Source: Synechococcus elongatus PCC 6301
GTDB lineage: Bacteria; Cyanobacteriota; Cyanobacteriia; Synechococcales; Synechococcaceae
DNA: 32,000 nt
Direction: 5' to 3'
Assembly (NCBI RefSeq): GCF_000010065.1
Contig: NC_006576.1
Location: 1,170,001 to 1,202,000, forward strand
Notes under the pieces: generated by a model
What the model saw: the letters and a program-made list of their open reading frames with translations, nothing else
Database searches by the model: none
What the model was told of the DNA's origin: nothing
Program-made: the position numbers and the translations under genes
Part shown: positions 29,592-32,000 of the stretch, piece after piece
Layout of the letters: every line of letters begins with the position of its first letter
Numbering within the stretch: position 1 is the stretch's first letter

Positions 29592-31498
29592 GCCGAAGCA
29601 GCACCAATCCGTTGACGGCTTCCAAACTTTTCGAGGATGCGATCGGCCATCTGACGCGGCGTCAGGCCCAACTCCTGCTTAGATTCATCAGGGCTGGCAT
29701 GTTCCACCAAGAGATCGGGAACACCGATCGGCAACACCGGAACCTGCAGATCATGGGCCTGCAAGGACTCCATAATCGCGGAGCCAAAGCCGCCGGGTAG
29801 GCAGCCTTCCTCAAAGGTGACGACTTTGCCGATCTGGCGCGCCAGCGGCACAATCAGTTCCTCATCTAAGGGCTTGGCGAAGCGGGCATTGATCACAGTA
29901 GCTGAGATGCCGTGCTCATTCAGCAGTTCTGCCGTCTGCAGGGCCGGATAGACCATCGAGCCGTAAGCCAACATCAGCAAATCATCGCCTTGGCGCAGTT
30001 GCTCTGCTTTCCCAATCGGGAGCGACTCCCAGCCTTCTTCCGGCAGGGGTACGCCAATACCATTCCCGCGCGGGAAACGCATGGCGATCGGGCCGTCGTA
30101 TTCAATACCCGTCACTAGCATCCGCTGCAGTTCGGCCTCATCTTTCGGTGCCATCAGCACCATGTTGGGAATCAGCCGCAGGTAAGCAATGTCGTACATG
30201 CCTTGGTGTGTCGGGCCATCCGCGCCAACTATCCCCGCGCGATCGAGGCAGAAGAAGACGGGCAGCTTTTGGATACAAACGTCGTGGATGACTTGATCAA
30301 AGGCCCGCTGCAGGAAGGTGGAATAGATTGCCACCACCGGACGCATGCCATCGCAGGCCATACCGGCAGCTAGCACCACGGCGTGCTGTTCGGCAATGCC
30401 AACATCGATGTATTGCTTCGGCAGCGCCTTCTGGAGAATGTCCAAGCCGGTGCCTGTCGCCATCGCAGCCGTAATCCCGACAATGCGGCGATCGCTCTTG
30501 GCCAAGGTCGTCAGGGTTTGGCCAAACACTTTGGAATGGCTAGGCGGCTTCGGTTTTGAAGCTGGTTTAGCCTTCCCTGTCGCCAGATCAAAGGGATTTT
30601 GGGCATGATAGCCAACCTGATCTTCTTCAGCGTAGGGATAGCCCTTACCCTTGGTTGTGGCAACGTGGACGAGTACTGGTCCGGTGTGTTTGTGCGCTTC
30701 GCGGAAGGTGGCGATCAGTTCTTCAAGGTTGTGACCATCCACTGGCCCCATGTAGGTGAAGCCCAGCTCTTCAAAGACCGCCCCAATCTTGCTGTAGGAG
30801 AGGCGCTTCATGCCTTCCTTAACCGGCTCAAAGCCTTGGGTAATGGCGCCGCCGACGAAGGGAATTTGTTGCATCCCCTGGGTCAAACCATCGGTGAGCA
30901 ACTGCATCGGCTCACTAACCCGAATCTTATTCAGATAGCGAGAGAGCGCACCCACGTTGGGCGAGATCGACATGTCATTGTCGTTGAGCACGACCAACAG
31001 CCGTGTTTTGGGCAAGTGACCAGCGTGGTTGATGGCTTCCAAGGCCATGCCACCGGTGAGCGATCCATCACCAATCACAGCGACACATCGGTAGTCTTCG
31101 CCCTGGGCATCCCGTGCTAGAGCCATACCGAGGGCAGCAGAAATACTGGTGGAAGCGTGACCGGCACCGAAATGATCGAAGCGGTTTTCCGTGCGCTTCA
31201 GGTAGCCCGCAATGCCATCCTTTTGCCGCAAGGTATGGAAGTTGTGATAGCGCCCTGTCAGCAGCTTGTGGGGATAGGCTTGGTGGCCAACGTCCCAAAC
31301 CACTTTGTCGCGATCGAGATCGAGCGTTTGGTAAAGCGCTAGGGTCAATTCCACCACGCCCAAGCCCGGCCCGAGGTGCCCACCGGTCGCTGCAACCGTC
31401 TGCAGGTGCTTCTCACGAATCTGGTGGCCAATTTGCTCAAGCTGAGCAACCGACAACCCGTGGAGCTGGTTGGGATGGGTAATTTCGCTGAGATGCAT
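29588..31498 (-). CDS. dxs: 1-deoxy-D-xylulose-5-phosphate synthase
   Basis: ATG 31498 gives [16 protein letters not shown]..., [14 protein letters not shown], the TPP motif [18 protein letters not shown] and the transketolase-like C-terminus; 636 aa. Confidence 0.95.
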   Translation of the reverse strand: MHLSEITHPNQLHGLSVAQLEQIGHQIREKHLQTVAATGGHLGPGLGVVELTLALYQTLDLDRDKVVWDVGHQAYPHKLLTGRYHNFHTLRQKDGIAGYLKRTENRFDHFGAGHASTSISAALGMALARDAQGEDYRCVAVIGDGSLTGGMALEAINHAGHLPKTRLLVVLNDNDMSISPNVGALSRYLNKIRVSEPMQLLTDGLTQGMQQIPFVGGAITQGFEPVKEGMKRLSYSKIGAVFEELGFTYMGPVDGHNLEELIATFREAHKHTGPVLVHVATTKGKGYPYAEEDQVGYHAQNPFDLATGKAKPASKPKPPSHSKVFGQTLTTLAKSDRRIVGITAAMATGTGLDILQKALPKQYIDVGIAEQHAVVLAAGMACDGMRPVVAIYSTFLQRAFDQVIHDVCIQKLPVFFCLDRAGIVGADGPTHQGMYDIAYLRLIPNMVLMAPKDEAELQRMLVTGIEYDGPIAMRFPRGNGIGVPLPEEGWESLPIGKAEQLRQGDDLLMLAYGSMVYPALQTAELLNEHGISATVINARFAKPLDEELIVPLARQIGKVVTFEEGCLPGGFGSAIMESLQAHDLQVPVLPIGVPDLLVEHASPDESKQELGLTPRQMADRILEKFGSRQRIGAASA

Positions 31499-31659
31499 CA
31501 GACGTCCTCCGGTGGCAGCCAAGACGCGCAACCTTCATTCACTGTAGAGGATGGCCTTCCCCAAACGGTCTCCATTGCTGCGATCGCAACAAGTGAATGC
31601 TAAAACTTGCGAAGAATCTGCTGCTGGCTGCAGTGAACGTTGTGAGGCCGTTATCCACC

Positions 31660-32000
31660 ATGACCCGCTTGTCTATTCCCTTGGCTGCGATCGCTTTCTC
31701 TAGCTTGGCTGGGCTCAGTCTGTCGACCCCTGCCGCCCAAGCAGCGGACTTTGCCGATTGCGCAGCAACCCTGACCGGGTTAGGTCTGGCCGCACCCGTG
31801 GCTGCCAATGCTTGTGCCGGTGCCCAGTTTCCGGCTGATCTGTCGAGCTGCACCGATCGCTTGACCAGCAGTTTGAAATTGACGGCTGCCGATAGCTTGG
31901 CCGCCTGCCGGAGCGTTCGCAAACCCTTAGCAGTAGCAAGCTGTGCCGAGCGGCTGCAGGCTGCTGGTGACGCCACCCCCGCTTTGATTGCCGATGGTTG
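31660..32000 (+). CDS. Partial secreted protein with repeated Cys-bracketed helical modules, running off the window end
   Basis: My own translation from ATG 31660: MTRLSIPLAAIAFSSLAGLSLSTPAAQA/ADFADCAATL...ANACAGAQFPADLSSCTDRL...LAACRSVRKPLAVASCAERL.... It has a signal peptide with an AXA site and is open to the window end. It is not in the ORF track because it lacks a stop. Confidence 0.45.
   Translation, partial: MTRLSIPLAAIAFSSLAGLSLSTPAAQAADFADCAATLTGLGLAAPVAANACAGAQFPADLSSCTDRLTSSLKLTAADSLAACRSVRKPLAVASCAERLQAAGDATPALIADG

Noticed and set aside
31539-31976. 145-aa minus-strand ORF upstream of dxs
   Set aside because: The Ala/Arg-rich translation has no motif. The opposite strand encodes a product with a good signal peptide and repeated Cys modules from ATG 31660, which I prefer, though only at moderate confidence.

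Overview
This is a cyanobacterial chromosomal window. It carries psbK, chlM, an NtcA-type amt1 upstream region and SLH-domain proteins, and the octamer palindrome GCGATCGC (HIP1) is scattered through almost every gene. From memory, the gene order (hik2-cobS-tgt-psbK; amt1-purE-nagA-chlM; dxs) resembles Synechococcus elongatus PCC 7942/6301; I cannot verify that here. I call about 38 protein genes, mostly housekeeping: frmA/frmB formaldehyde detoxification, tgt, cobS, serS, rseP, nth, rpsN, amt1, purE, nagA, chlM and dxs. There is one tRNA-Arg(CCU) and several intrinsic-terminator hairpins. I saw no CRISPR array, transposase/IS element, rRNA or prophage block. Three spots look accessory. (i) A 1.46-kb AT-rich, HIP1-free insert at 22270-23729 holds a CoiA-like PD-(D/E)xK nuclease gene split over two overlapping frames, plus a decayed DUF2281-like mini-ORF. 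(ii) A module next to tRNA-Arg (about 25970-27450) encodes a 402-aa protein with tyrosine-recombinase/protelomerase-like core motifs but no candidate nucleophile tyrosine. (iii) An orphan 205-aa ORF lies at 4702-5319. Other oddities: the coding signal switches frame inside ORF 1568-2005, exposing a hidden leucine-zipper frame. The GAF domain of the Hik2-like kinase has an apparent 1-nt frameshift. A tandem paralogous pair of secreted proteins (one SLH-anchored) shares a VirB10/TrbI-like domain. A structured minus-strand RNA candidate with tandem terminators sits upstream of an esterase gene. dxs, a flavoprotein gene and a D-Ala-D-Ala dipeptidase gene form a string with overlapping stop/start codons. 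I do not see a clear multi-gene novel system; the CoiA-like insert and the tRNA-flanked recombinase-like gene are the best candidates, and both are uncertain. Three independent frame anomalies in 32 kb also make assembly indel errors a possibility.
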